DNA of 64,000 nucleotides, from the sequence record MT612989.1, one strand, 5' to 3'. The notes under the pieces are model-generated. The model saw only the letters and a list, made by a program, of their open reading frames with translations. It did no database searches and was not told where the DNA came from. Of this stretch, positions 26,201 through 36,402 are shown piece by piece; positions within the stretch are counted from its first letter, which is position 1; each line of letters starts with the position of its first letter. Position numbers and translations under genes: made by a program.

Positions 26201-27046
26201 CTACTCCTCGTAAACAATCGTATTTTTAGTAATTCTTGATTCGAATACAACTTCAACACGTACACCATAAGGCAATGCCTTAGAACGGCGACATGCATCA
26301 TTTCTAATCAACATATACGGGTGATATACAGTATCTTTAATATCTTTCGCGTTCAACAAAACATCACCGTTAATATGCAAGGTACCGCGTTTGAATACAA
26401 AATCATCTAGTGTAAAGCTATTGACTACAACAAGACCGTTATTGAGAATGTCTGAACCAAATACAACATGATTTATTTCGTCGTCTCGTAGTCTGCGTGC
26501 GATTGGCTGGCTAAGTCTCTTCACTTTACCATCGTCAGAATAGTCCGATAATGTAACCATCTTCTTGACTATCATTTGTGATAAAAGCTTACGAGCTTCA
26601 GTGCCGTGAATAACGTCAGTACTAGCCCAACGCTCGGCATTTGATTTTTTAATCGAAATCGGAAAATCGCCGCTTACGGTCTTCAATACCATATCGGCTT
26701 TTTTGTTGTTTTTTGTGTCGTGACCAGTCATTTCAATCGACTGAACACCTTTTATTACTCGTCGACCAATTTTAATCCGAGTACAGCCAGAATCAATGTG
26801 TTGCTTTACAATATTATAGAAATTGCGTTCATTCTCGATGCCCGGATTAGATGTTGGTTTGACGTATACTCTGCATTTTTCCATCTGTATACAACCAATT
26901 GAACTGCCTGGGTCGCACTTCTTGTACGTCCCGTCAAGCTCTTTCGCAAGTTTAACAATTAGACCAAGTCGATTTTCATCTGTGTAGATAACGATCTTTC
27001 GGCTATTGATAATTCTCGCGTCATATCTTAACAAAACATCTATCAT
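26201..27046 (-). CDS. PD-(D/E)XK-like nuclease-fold protein
   Basis: GIENE...KADMVL..PISIKK; late promoter upstream. Confidence 0.5.
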   Translation of the reverse strand: MIDVLLRYDARIINSRKIVIYTDENRLGLIVKLAKELDGTYKKCDPGSSIGCIQMEKCRVYVKPTSNPGIENERNFYNIVKQHIDSGCTRIKIGRRVIKGVQSIEMTGHDTKNNKKADMVLKTVSGDFPISIKKSNAERWASTDVIHGTEARKLLSQMIVKKMVTLSDYSDDGKVKRLSQPIARRLRDDEINHVVFGSDILNNGLVVVNSFTLDDFVFKRGTLHINGDVLLNAKDIKDTVYHPYMLIRNDACRRSKALPYGVRVEVVFESRITKNTIVYEE

Positions 27047-27079
27047 AGTGCATGAACACCATCTTTAATACCATACCAG

Positions 27080-27087
27080 TATTTAGA
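27080..27087 (-). promoter_or_regulatory. late promoter variant TCTAAATA
   Basis: 34 nt upstream of ATG 27046. Confidence 0.65.
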
Positions 27088-27110
27088 TGTTCATGCAGAT
27101 AGACTACCAC

Positions 27111-27635
27111 TTAGAAGTCGTAACTTACCTCTTTGGACTCACGACGTTTGTCAAGAAGTTGTCGCAGATCAGTTAAACGAATCATCGGCTGACCGATGTT
27201 ACGCTGCAAGTTATCACAACAAACGTTCACGTAACGATAGTCATCAATCGTTGCGTAATGCACGTGCCCGTGAATGCTGAAATGACCACGCAGTTCATCG
27301 GGGTGTAATGGAAAATGACTCAACCAACCCAACTTTTTGTACTTTTCACAACCGCGAATCACGTCAAACGCACGCATGTAGCTTGAAACAGGAAGATCGT
27401 CATGATTCCCGCCATATTGTACTTTACGACCCGGTAAACCAGCAAGAATTCCAACAGCTTCTTCAGTAAATGCAGTATCACCAAGCATAATCACAGTGTC
27501 ACGCTTGCGAACGTTCTTCAACCAGAAGTCAACAATCCAGTCGGTATTCGCTTGAGTGTCTTCAATGTCATCCCGAAACTTACCAATATTTTTGTGACCT
27601 AAATGCAGATCACTTGTAATCCAAACACAACTCAT
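27111..27635 (-). CDS. calcineurin-like phosphoesterase
   Basis: SDLHLGH, LGD, GNHD, SHFP, HGHVH. Confidence 0.9.
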   Translation of the reverse strand: MSCVWITSDLHLGHKNIGKFRDDIEDTQANTDWIVDFWLKNVRKRDTVIMLGDTAFTEEAVGILAGLPGRKVQYGGNHDDLPVSSYMRAFDVIRGCEKYKKLGWLSHFPLHPDELRGHFSIHGHVHYATIDDYRYVNVCCDNLQRNIGQPMIRLTDLRQLLDKRRESKEVSYDF

Positions 27636-28111
27636 TAATTTCTCTCTTTATCAATAACCATTTCATCATTTACCCGAACGTACAAGATTTGATTATCAGA
27701 GCCGCGCCACGCTTTCTGCGTTGGTTGATGTCTCTTGTATCGTCCGTCAATGAAAACATCAATATAATTCATTATCTCTAAATGATAAACATGAGATAAT
27801 TTGTAACCGCTCCACAACCAAATGTCTTTATCGGGATATCGCTCTTTCACTGATTTACAAATACGCAATATTTCGTCGCGATTGCTCGGGTGCAACGGGT
27901 CACCTCCTGAAAGACTCAGCCCATCGTGCTGCTCTAAGCTCGTCAAAACGTCTCTAAGCGTTTCTTCAGTGAAATCGATACCATCGTTCGAGTCCCACGT
28001 AGATTCGTTGTAGCAGCCCTTACAGCGATGCTCACAACCAGAAACGAAGATGCTCAATCGAACACCTTCGCCGTTTGCAAAATCAAATTCGTTAATCTTC
28101 TGATACTTCAC
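27635..28111 (-). CDS. nrdG: anaerobic RNR activase (radical SAM)
   Basis: NGEGVR, GCEHRCKGCYN, GGDPL, DGRY, RGSDNQ. Confidence 0.96.
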   Translation of the reverse strand: MKYQKINEFDFANGEGVRLSIFVSGCEHRCKGCYNESTWDSNDGIDFTEETLRDVLTSLEQHDGLSLSGGDPLHPSNRDEILRICKSVKERYPDKDIWLWSGYKLSHVYHLEIMNYIDVFIDGRYKRHQPTQKAWRGSDNQILYVRVNDEMVIDKERN

Positions 28112-28694
28112 TTACCTGCCATCCCGCAAAAACATCAATATTGAGGCGACAAGATTTTTTGATACCATCATTCGATACATGAACAATATTTTTGTTCATA
28201 GCTTCGCGTCGAGAAAATGTAAACGGTACATCATCTGCAACAACTGTGATGAAATCATCATTACAAAACACAACTGTTGCTTCTTCTTGTCTCGGCTCGA
28301 ATTGACAGTTCAAGTATACGTCAATCGTGTCACCTTCGTTGATACGAACATATTCCATCTTCGTTTCAATCGTTTCTTTATTGTATGACAGCACACCGTC
28401 GTGATTAAACAATTCTTGAAACGTTTCTCGTTCTTCAAAACGTGAAATGATACCAAAGCTAGAATTATCGCTGACTCGACTGCCTTGAACAATAAACGTC
28501 AAAGAACTCATATAATCATACAAAACACAGTCGCCAGATTCGTCTTGATATATAAATCGAGCATCTATAGTATCACTCGCACTTAAACTCAAGCTGCTAC
28601 TACTCATAGGTTCGACGTATACTCTAACATCTTTACCAATTTCTAAAGCTGTCGGCGTGTATGTAGGTATTCTTCGTTCTTTTTGCGTAAACAT
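28092..28694 (-). CDS. hypothetical protein
   Basis: 200 aa ORF in operon. Confidence 0.6.
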   Translation of the reverse strand: MFTQKERRIPTYTPTALEIGKDVRVYVEPMSSSSLSLSASDTIDARFIYQDESGDCVLYDYMSSLTFIVQGSRVSDNSSFGIISRFEERETFQELFNHDGVLSYNKETIETKMEYVRINEGDTIDVYLNCQFEPRQEEATVVFCNDDFITVVADDVPFTFSRREAMNKNIVHVSNDGIKKSCRLNIDVFAGWQVSEVSED

Positions 28695-28695
28695 T

Positions 28696-29112
28696 TTAAA
28701 ACTCCCAATTTATTTTAGACGTGTGACCATGTACTAACGTCCAACAGCCGCCCCGAACCCATTGACCAGACAACTTACGGCGATAGTATTTGCCACCCGT
28801 TGATGTCGTGATCATCTTCATTGTTTTTGAAATCTTCGTGATTACACCGTCGGGATGACTGTCACCATTGAAACAATAGCTAACTGAATCACCTACACGT
28901 GGCTTTTTGATAATGTCAAAGCGCGGCAAGCAACCTGAACCTGCGTCCACAACCATGTATAAATCTTGGTCGAGCATGTTGCAGACTTCAGTAACTCGCT
29001 CTAATGTTTTCCAATCTCTACGAGATTCAACAGTGTGACCCTCTTGGCGCCACTGTTCAGCTACTGAGTGTTCGTCGATAACGCTGCAAGTTGTCAAGTT
29101 GATGTATAGCAT
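28696..29112 (-). CDS. hypothetical early protein (MLYINL...)
   Basis: GAGAGA SD after an early promoter. Confidence 0.7.
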   Translation of the reverse strand: MLYINLTTCSVIDEHSVAEQWRQEGHTVESRRDWKTLERVTEVCNMLDQDLYMVVDAGSGCLPRFDIIKKPRVGDSVSYCFNGDSHPDGVITKISKTMKMITTSTGGKYYRRKLSGQWVRGGCWTLVHGHTSKINWEF

Positions 29113-29155
29113 AATGTTTCTCTCTCTGTTAGTCGATGTCGTCTCGATGAAGTTA

Positions 29156-29184
29156 ATATTACGCACTTATGATTCGTGTTGCAA
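29156..29184 (-). promoter_or_regulatory. early promoter
   Basis: TTGCAA-N17-TAATAT followed by CATCGAGACG. Confidence 0.7.
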
Positions 29185-29205
29185 CCTTTTTCTTCGTCAA
29201 AAAAC

Positions 29206-29229
29206 AAAAAAAGCGCCCGAAGGCGCTTT
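29206..29229 (-). terminator. intrinsic terminator after nrdD
   Basis: AAAGCGCC-TTCG-GGCGCTTTTTT (UUCG loop). Confidence 0.85.
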
Positions 29230-29230
29230 C

Positions 29231-31066
29231 TTAACAGTGTTTAACTCGATTTTGCATTTCGACAGTCTTGCCGTGATTCCACCCACGAGCACCCGGGTTA
29301 CCGAGATAACCGCAGACACGTCTCGTTACATTGAGCTTTTCAGGGTCGCGTTCACCACAAACAGGACAAGAATAACCCAGCGAATCACCATGAGCTTCAC
29401 CAGACCAACCACACGTACACTGATCAATCGGGGTATTCGTACCGAAGTAAGCTACTTTAGTGTAAGCATAATCCCATACGCGCTCTAGACCTTTGATGTT
29501 ATCTCGCATATTCGGGAACTCAGCATAACAGATGAAACCACCGTTTGCATGAATTGGGTATGCAGCTTCAAAATCAATTTTCTCAAATGGGTTAACTTTC
29601 TTGAACACGTCTAAGTGAAACGAGTTTGTGTAATAGTCTTTGTCATTGATACCTGTAATGACACCGTATTTCTCTTGGTCGAGACGACAGAAACGATCAC
29701 ACAGCGATTCACTTGGTGTACTGTACAGACTGAAACCGTAGCCCGTCAGTTCTTTCCATGCATCTGTGTACGCTCTAAGAGTTTCCACAATCTTTTCAGC
29801 GAGGAATTGTTTGTGCTGTGACTCAAACGTATGCATGTCTTTATCTGGCGAAAGCAACGTTACTGCTTCGTGTAACCCGATATAACCAAGCGAGATACTT
29901 GAACGACCGTGTTTGAAAACTTCACTGACTTTATCAGTTGGCTTCAAGCGCACGCCCATTGCACCTTCACAGTATAGAATCGGAGCAACTGATGCAGTTA
30001 CATCATCAAAACGCTTAATACGCAACATCAATGCTTCGTAAGCTAGTGTACAACGCTCGTGTAAGATCTCGAAGAAGCGTTCAGTATCACCCGATGCTTC
30101 AATAGCAATACGCGGGATATTGATTGAGACGACGCCTAAGTTATTACGACCATCGAATACCGTTTCACCATCTTCGTTCTTCCAGTCACCCAAGAATGAG
30201 CGACAGCCCATTGGAGACTTAAACCCACCAGTCGTTTCAACTAGTTTGTCATAGTTCAAAATGTCTGGGTACATACGCTTACTTGCACATTCAAGAGCTA
30301 ACTTTTTGATACCGTAGCACGGGTCGCCTTCTTTTAGGTTCACGCCGTCTCTCAATGTGAAAACAAGCTTAGGGAAAATAGCAGTTTTCTTAGTCTTACC
30401 TAGACCTGCAATACGATTCTGAAGAATACTTTTTTGAATAAGTTTTTCTTCCCACGACGTACCTAACCCGAAGTTGATTGTCGTGAATGGTGTCTGACCG
30501 TTTGAAGTCTGCATCGTATTGACTTGATATTCAAACGTCTGGAATGCATCGAACGTTTCCTTTTCAACACGCTTTCGTGCAAAGATAGCAGCTTTAGAAT
30601 CAGAGTCGGGATGTTCTTCGCGACCTACTTCGAGCCATTTATAATATGACTTACGAACATAAGGTGCTAGGACTTCGTCGATTCTATTGATCGTGTTACC
30701 GCCGTAGATATGGCTACTTACTTGCTGAATAATCTGAGTTACAACAGTGGCAGCAGTGCTAATACTGTTTGGTTCTTCGATTTCAGCATTACCCATTTTG
30801 AAACCGCCTTCAAACATGCCTTTGATATCAATAAGCATACAGTTGAATTGCGGGAATAATGGGCTGTAGTCAAGGTCATGAAAATGAATATCGCCGTCGA
30901 TATGTGCATCTGCAATATGCTTCGGTAGATAGTCTTCAAGTGCGTAATGTTTCGACACTGTGCCAGCTACTAAGTCACGCATTGTAGGGATTACTTTCGA
31001 ATCTTTATTTGCATTCTCTTTGTTGTTACCCGAACCGCTAACAATGTCTAAAATGTCGTGTTTCAT
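29231..31066 (-). CDS. nrdD: anaerobic ribonucleoside-triphosphate reductase
   Basis: HFHDLDY, NCMLID, MGCRSF, RNNLGVVSIN, STPSE, YYTNS, RRVCGYLG glycyl-radical motif. Confidence 0.98.
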   Translation of the reverse strand: MKHDILDIVSGSGNNKENANKDSKVIPTMRDLVAGTVSKHYALEDYLPKHIADAHIDGDIHFHDLDYSPLFPQFNCMLIDIKGMFEGGFKMGNAEIEEPNSISTAATVVTQIIQQVSSHIYGGNTINRIDEVLAPYVRKSYYKWLEVGREEHPDSDSKAAIFARKRVEKETFDAFQTFEYQVNTMQTSNGQTPFTTINFGLGTSWEEKLIQKSILQNRIAGLGKTKKTAIFPKLVFTLRDGVNLKEGDPCYGIKKLALECASKRMYPDILNYDKLVETTGGFKSPMGCRSFLGDWKNEDGETVFDGRNNLGVVSINIPRIAIEASGDTERFFEILHERCTLAYEALMLRIKRFDDVTASVAPILYCEGAMGVRLKPTDKVSEVFKHGRSSISLGYIGLHEAVTLLSPDKDMHTFESQHKQFLAEKIVETLRAYTDAWKELTGYGFSLYSTPSESLCDRFCRLDQEKYGVITGINDKDYYTNSFHLDVFKKVNPFEKIDFEAAYPIHANGGFICYAEFPNMRDNIKGLERVWDYAYTKVAYFGTNTPIDQCTCGWSGEAHGDSLGYSCPVCGERDPEKLNVTRRVCGYLGNPGARGWNHGKTVEMQNRVKHC

Positions 31067-31312
31067 TCATTCCTCTTCTAACAATTTGTCGATGCGAGAT
31101 AAGACGCTCACACCCTCGCCTAGACATTCGCCATTGTAAAACGCTATTGGGTGGGCAATATAACCATCATCTTCAGCGATTTTCTGAAGTTCTTTATAGC
31201 GTTCACGAGGAACAAATGCGTCATAAAAAATATGTTTAATGTTTCTATCATTTAGCGAGTCGCACAACTTGCGACAAGCTAAACAATATTTTGACCCGAT
31301 AATCTCTACCAA
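31067..31312 (-). CDS. glutaredoxin-like protein
   Basis: CLAC motif; HP..FYNGE..G. Confidence 0.7.
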   Translation of the reverse strand: MVEIIGSKYCLACRKLCDSLNDRNIKHIFYDAFVPRERYKELQKIAEDDGYIAHPIAFYNGECLGEGVSVLSRIDKLLEEE

Positions 31313-32706
31313 TTTACCGCCTCTGCTTTCTGCGTCTGTTCTTTCTTCTGCGCGAAAGGAGTCGCCGATTGCGTTTGAGATTGAGCAGGCGCCGTATAAC
31401 TCGCAGTACCATCTACATCACCCCAACGTTGTTTACCTTTGTTAACAGCAATCATAAATGTCTGGTCTTGGTTACGGTCAGCATAACGAGACTTAATCTG
31501 TTTCACTCGTTGTTGCCCGAGCGCGACAGTTTCTTCAGTTTCCATAATACCGAGAATCAAGTCAGCAGTATGAGCAAGACCAGCCGATTCAGCAATATCA
31601 CCCATTCCCATGTCACTTGCATCCCATGCGTTACGTGTAGTCTGAGCAGCAGACCAAACAGCAACGTTATGTTCAACAGCAAAACCACGAATTTCTTCAG
31701 CAATAGCTTTAACGTGAACGTATGTATTTTCTGAACTTGCAACACGTGAACTTGCACAGATACCAAGATAATCGACAATCACAATGTCTGGGATTACGTC
31801 TTTCTTGGTGCGAAGCTCATTCATCAACGTATTGAAGTGAGTTACATTCGCGCCCGCAGTCGGGAACTGTTTAATGAATAATTTACCTTGAGTTTTCTTC
31901 TCAAGATTCTGAATCTTAGTGCCGTATGTTTTTTCAGTAATAGTATCGAAATCGTCCATACTGATGTCCATTAAGTTGGCATCAATACGCTTCGACACTG
32001 CCGCTTCACTCATTTCCATACTGATGTATAGAACGTTGTAGCCTTGTAGAAGATACTCAGTTGCTAAATGACACAACGCAAGTGATTTACCCACGTTAGA
32101 ACCCGCTAGAAGTAGGTTCAGAGTACTTCTTTCAACACCACCTTGAGTGATCTTGTTTAAAATGTTCATTTTGAATGGGATTTTTGCTGCTTTCTCGATA
32201 TACGATTTGTATCGAGGTTCCCAATCTGCAAAATAATCATGACCAACTGATGTGTCAAAACAAACGTTCAATGCATCACGCATCAAATCGGGAATCGCAC
32301 CAAGCGTTTTCATTCGTTTGTTTTGTTGATCAAGTGGTTTAGCTGCATTCTCTTGAATAGCAAGTGATTCACTAAGCGCGTTAAAAACGCTCTGTTCGAT
32401 ACAGAACTGTTCAGTCGTGTCAATCAACCATCTCAGGTCGTGACTCGGGTGAGGTTCTAGTTCATTTATTGTTTGTTGTATCTCTGCATAGTCGTATTCA
32501 CTAATCCCTGTCAATGACTCAAGACATACTTTCAAAACTTCAGGTGTCGCACGACGTTTGTACTCGTCTGCGTGGTTCTTAATCATCATAAAGATATGCT
32601 GATGAGCAGTTGACTGAAAGTATTCTTTTTTCAAGTGAGGGATTACGGTAGCAAAGTACTCTTGATTTTCGATAAGATTTGAGAAAATCGACTTCTCGAT
32701 TTGCAT
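31306..32706 (-). CDS. 41: replicative DNA helicase gp41
   Basis: AGSNVGKS Walker A, YISMEMSE, VDYLGIC, AAQTTR, AESAGL, KSRY. Confidence 0.97.
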   Translation of the reverse strand: MQIEKSIFSNLIENQEYFATVIPHLKKEYFQSTAHQHIFMMIKNHADEYKRRATPEVLKVCLESLTGISEYDYAEIQQTINELEPHPSHDLRWLIDTTEQFCIEQSVFNALSESLAIQENAAKPLDQQNKRMKTLGAIPDLMRDALNVCFDTSVGHDYFADWEPRYKSYIEKAAKIPFKMNILNKITQGGVERSTLNLLLAGSNVGKSLALCHLATEYLLQGYNVLYISMEMSEAAVSKRIDANLMDISMDDFDTITEKTYGTKIQNLEKKTQGKLFIKQFPTAGANVTHFNTLMNELRTKKDVIPDIVIVDYLGICASSRVASSENTYVHVKAIAEEIRGFAVEHNVAVWSAAQTTRNAWDASDMGMGDIAESAGLAHTADLILGIMETEETVALGQQRVKQIKSRYADRNQDQTFMIAVNKGKQRWGDVDGTASYTAPAQSQTQSATPFAQKKEQTQKAEAVNW

Positions 32707-32981
32707 TGTTCTTTTACCCCATTCTTGTTCTGTTCTTCACGAATAAGTTTCATAATACACGCCTCAACATGCGGACGAATTTGTTCTTCTTTGTCTGGAT
32801 GTTGAGTTACAAATTCAATTTTGAGTCTGCCGCTATTATCTACTAGAATGTCAGTAATATAAACTTCAATATCGTCAATCATTATACTAAATTTCACGCG
32901 CTCTTGAAGCTCGGTTAGCATTTCTGTTACTTGGTTCGGAGTCATACGATTCGTCCCGTCTAAGGTGAAAAAGACCCGCAA
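32643..32981 (-). CDS. 40: head vertex assembly chaperone gp40
   Basis: position between uvsX and 41; PHVEACI..LI motif. Confidence 0.75.
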   Translation of the reverse strand: MRVFFTLDGTNRMTPNQVTEMLTELQERVKFSIMIDDIEVYITDILVDNSGRLKIEFVTQHPDKEEQIRPHVEACIMKLIREEQNKNGVKEQCKSRSRFSQILSKIKSTLLP

Positions 32982-32999
32982 TTAAGCGGGCCAGTATCG

Positions 33000-34100
33000 T
33001 TAATCGAATAAGCTATCGATTTCATCATTCAATTCAGACTCGTCTAACTGACCTAAGCAGTAAAGTCGTTTCACGCCTTCTTTGAAAGTCGGTGAATTGA
33101 TGATGTCTTTCCAGAAAGAAAGCGTTTGTGTTTCTTTCGCTCGATATTTCTTTTCTTCGACGATCATTTCGCCAGTTTCTTCATCAACAGTTGCACGTTG
33201 ATACCAACCATTAGATGGTTTAACAACATGACCGGTTTGAAGTGCAATATCAAGTAGACCAGAGAACATATCGATACCGTTTTCGTATGTAACCGTCAAC
33301 GGAACTTTCATCTTCTCTTTCACGAAACGTGATTTCTCGATATTCATAATGAAGTGATAGCCGACAATCTCTTTGCCGTCTTTTTCTTGCTGTTTACCGA
33401 GAATGATTACCGTATCAGCAGAGTACATGATACCCGTACCACCAGACATGACAGTTTTAGAGTACATTTCTTGAGTTTGATACGTGTGGTTGATCGCGAT
33501 ACAAGGAATATCGAGCATTGTGAAATATGGTGTGATGATACGGAACAATGATTTCAATTGTTTCGCACGAGACATATCAGCAACTGACTTTTCGTTTTGC
33601 GCGTCATCGATTTCTTTTGCAGAAGCAACGTTACCTACCGAGTCAATAAAGAAAATTACGCGGTCTGGTTCGTCACCCGCTTTCTTAGCTCGCTTACGTT
33701 CTGCAAGGTCTTTAAGCTGATTCGCCATTTCGAATTTCATACGCTCAACGCTCTCACATTGTATATGAAGAACACGGTCTGGGTCAACACCTTGTGAGCG
33801 CAAATAAGACGGTGTGATACCGAATTCTGTATCAATGAATACACAAATTGCCTCAGGGTATTTCTTCAAGTAAGCAGCTACGCCAACTAGACCCAAGTTC
33901 GATTTAAAGTGCTTTGACGGTCCCGCTAGTACTGTCAACCCAGAAGTTAAACCACCATCTACTTCACCACTAAAAGCAATGTTAATCGCAGGCACGTAAG
34001 TACGTGTATGATCTTTTTCGAACATAAACTGACTTTCTGATAACACTTGTGCGTAACCAGATGTGCTTGATTTTTTCAACGATTTCATTAAATCTGACAT
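33000..34100 (-). CDS. uvsX: RecA-like recombinase UvsX
   Basis: AGPSKHFKS, FIDTEFG, DSVGN, NHTY, SGGTG, EKSRF. Confidence 0.97.
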   Translation of the reverse strand: MSDLMKSLKKSSTSGYAQVLSESQFMFEKDHTRTYVPAINIAFSGEVDGGLTSGLTVLAGPSKHFKSNLGLVGVAAYLKKYPEAICVFIDTEFGITPSYLRSQGVDPDRVLHIQCESVERMKFEMANQLKDLAERKRAKKAGDEPDRVIFFIDSVGNVASAKEIDDAQNEKSVADMSRAKQLKSLFRIITPYFTMLDIPCIAINHTYQTQEMYSKTVMSGGTGIMYSADTVIILGKQQEKDGKEIVGYHFIMNIEKSRFVKEKMKVPLTVTYENGIDMFSGLLDIALQTGHVVKPSNGWYQRATVDEETGEMIVEEKKYRAKETQTLSFWKDIINSPTFKEGVKRLYCLGQLDESELNDEIDSLFD

Positions 34101-34166
34101 TATTTTACCTTCTAACTAAGAAAGGAGCAGCAAAATGCTACCCCTTAAATTACAACTGAGATTAAA

Positions 34167-34883
34167 TTAAGCTTTCTTTGCAGCACGCTTGCGTTTTGGC
34201 TTTACGGGCTCATCTTCAACTTCTTCATCTTCAGGGTCGACCTTTAGTTTGCGAAGCTCTTCAGCTACGCGCTCTTGAATCTGTTCTTCAAGTTGAGATT
34301 CAATGTCACCTGCAAGTTGAGCTTCAGCTTCTTTCATTTCATCTTCGAACTTCTTCGACATTTCTTGAAGACGTTCTGTAACCTCTTCTGGCGTCAGCCA
34401 CAAGTCTTGGTTATGGTTGATGATTTCGTCGATCTCGTCAGCATCAAAGAACGGTTCATAAAGAAGACCACATACGCGGTTTAAATGCTCTTCGTGAGAT
34501 TTAGCTTGTTTCAACGTGTCTGGCATTTTACCAATTTGACCGCCGCTCGATGTATGGAACATGAACGTTGCAAATGGGGATACGTGCCAACCATTACAAG
34601 CTAAGAAAATCATTGTACCTGCGCTGCACACTTCACCCTCTGCGCACGCGATGACTGCACCTGCTTTAGATTGCATAATTGCATCACAAATTTGACATGC
34701 AGCATAGAAGTTACCACCAGGTGTATTCAAGTGCAAGTAAATCACGTCTGTTTCGGACGCCGTATGCAGAATTTGAAGCATTTCTTCATAATCATTCGGC
34801 TCTTCAATCGCACCGTTGATGTAGAAATCATGACGTACAGAACCAGCCCCTGCGTACCATCCAATGTTATTTTTAAAAATCAT
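34167..34883 (-). CDS. ClpP-like serine protease
   Basis: LNTPGG, VCSAGT (Ser), FMFH (His). Confidence 0.8.
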   Translation of the reverse strand: MIFKNNIGWYAGAGSVRHDFYINGAIEEPNDYEEMLQILHTASETDVIYLHLNTPGGNFYAACQICDAIMQSKAGAVIACAEGEVCSAGTMIFLACNGWHVSPFATFMFHTSSGGQIGKMPDTLKQAKSHEEHLNRVCGLLYEPFFDADEIDEIINHNQDLWLTPEEVTERLQEMSKKFEDEMKEAEAQLAGDIESQLEEQIQERVAEELRKLKVDPEDEEVEDEPVKPKRKRAAKKA

Positions 34884-35425
34884 AAGTCACCCTTTGTTAA
34901 CTTTTCGATGAAAATCGTAGAGCCGTTCTGGCATTCGACGATCTCTGATTCCCCGTTGTGTGGGAAATACCAGAAAATTTTAGTTAAATCAATCGTAACG
35001 TCGTACGCTTCGATTTCATCAACGATTGTAGTTTTATATATGTGGTCTGCAAAAGGTAATGCAGACTCGATAACACTAGGGCCACCGATAACACTTATTT
35101 TATCAAAACCTTCTATCAGATAAACATTTTCGATGTTCTTAATCAGGTCTTGAAAGGAGTCACACTTGCAGTAAACATCGGCTTTTTGACCGTTTTTTGC
35201 AGTCGCTGTATCGCTGCTACTGAGCACAACGTGCGGGCGGTCTGCTAGTTTACCGGGAAGTGATTCGAATGTCTTAGAGCCCATTACAAGCACGCTATTC
35301 ATAGTAACTGCTTTAAATCGAGCCAAGTCTTCTTTGTTATGTTTCCAAGGGAGTTTGTTTTGATTGCCGAAGGGCGCGTGCGGGGATTTACTCATACCGT
35401 GAGCGAAAACGATTTGAACTTTCAT
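34880..35425 (-). CDS. frd: dihydrofolate reductase
   Basis: FG.QNKLPW, MGSKTFESL, L.DR, IGGP. Confidence 0.92.
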   Translation of the reverse strand: MKVQIVFAHGMSKSPHAPFGNQNKLPWKHNKEDLARFKAVTMNSVLVMGSKTFESLPGKLADRPHVVLSSSDTATAKNGQKADVYCKCDSFQDLIKNIENVYLIEGFDKISVIGGPSVIESALPFADHIYKTTIVDEIEAYDVTIDLTKIFWYFPHNGESEIVECQNGSTIFIEKLTKGDL

Positions 35426-35446
35426 TTAATCTCCTATAAAGAGAAC

Positions 35447-35468
35447 AAAGGGGCAATTAAGCCCCTTT
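35447..35468 (-). terminator. intrinsic terminator after gp32
   Basis: AAAGGGGC-TTAATT-GCCCCTTT. Confidence 0.7.
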
Positions 35469-35474
35469 AAATCA

Positions 35475-36401
35475 TTACTCGTCTAGCTCTAGGTCAGCTA
35501 GTAGTGCGTCTAGCTCGTCATCGACAGAATCAGTCACTGGCTCTTGTGAAGCAGGAGTGTCGTCAGTGTCGATAGTTGCGCTTGGTTTAGCAACTGTACG
35601 AGGTGCATTTGCTTGAGCAGGAGCACCAGTGTTCAGTTGAGCTTCAAGATTTTGAGCAGCCGTAGATGCTTTAGACTGAGCAGCGCCAGTCACTTGAAGA
35701 AAACGCTTCTGAAGGTCAGCTTCAGATTTAAACGCAGACGGTGCAATGATTGCGTTTAGGTCGTGCATTTGGTCCCAGACTTCTTTCAGTTTAGCTTCGT
35801 CACCGCCGTATAGCTCAGTGCTTGGGCCGAATTTAGAGTCGTCGTAGTTAGGGAAACCAGATACTTTCTTAGCTTTCAAGCTGAAGTTAGCACCATCGAA
35901 TACACAAGTCACGTCCATGCCCGGTACACCTAGATCTTCATCTGCTTGAGCAGCTTGAGTGATCTTGTCAAGAATTTTCTTACCGAAACGGTATTTGAAA
36001 ACTTTGCCTTCATTTTCTGGTGCAGCTTCATCTTTGATTACAACGATGTTAGCCCAGTAAGAAAGAGTACGCTTGCGTTTACGTGCAATGTTTTGGTTAT
36101 CTTCGTTTTCAGTTTTCCAAAGCTCGCCGTTAGCTTGGCAGCATGGACATGGAAGATCGATAGTCGAAGGACAGTTTTCGATGTACCAGTTACCGTTTTC
36201 TTTGAAACCGTGTGTGAAGATTTTTACAAATGGTAGGTCGTCTTCGCCTTTAGCAGGCAGGAAGCGAATCACCGCAGAACCATTACCAAGCTTGTCAGTA
36301 GAAAGTTTCCACTCGTCAGCATTGTCGAATGACTTTTTGCTTGACATTTGCTCTAGTTTTTCTTGAAGTTTTGCTGGAGATTTGCGTTTGAACATAGACA
36401 T
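35475..36401 (-). CDS. 32: single-stranded DNA-binding protein gp32
   Basis: MSMFKRKS, GSAVIRFLP, WYIENCPST, C..C, YWANI, YRFGKKI, acidic tail. Confidence 0.97.
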   Translation of the reverse strand: MSMFKRKSPAKLQEKLEQMSSKKSFDNADEWKLSTDKLGNGSAVIRFLPAKGEDDLPFVKIFTHGFKENGNWYIENCPSTIDLPCPCCQANGELWKTENEDNQNIARKRKRTLSYWANIVVIKDEAAPENEGKVFKYRFGKKILDKITQAAQADEDLGVPGMDVTCVFDGANFSLKAKKVSGFPNYDDSKFGPSTELYGGDEAKLKEVWDQMHDLNAIIAPSAFKSEADLQKRFLQVTGAAQSKASTAAQNLEAQLNTGAPAQANAPRTVAKPSATIDTDDTPASQEPVTDSVDDELDALLADLELDE

Positions 36402-36402
36402 A

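Noticed and set aside
19530-34100. Introns or inteins in td, nrdD, gp41 or uvsX
   Set aside because: All are continuous ORFs of normal length, with no splice-junction motifs or embedded endonuclease.
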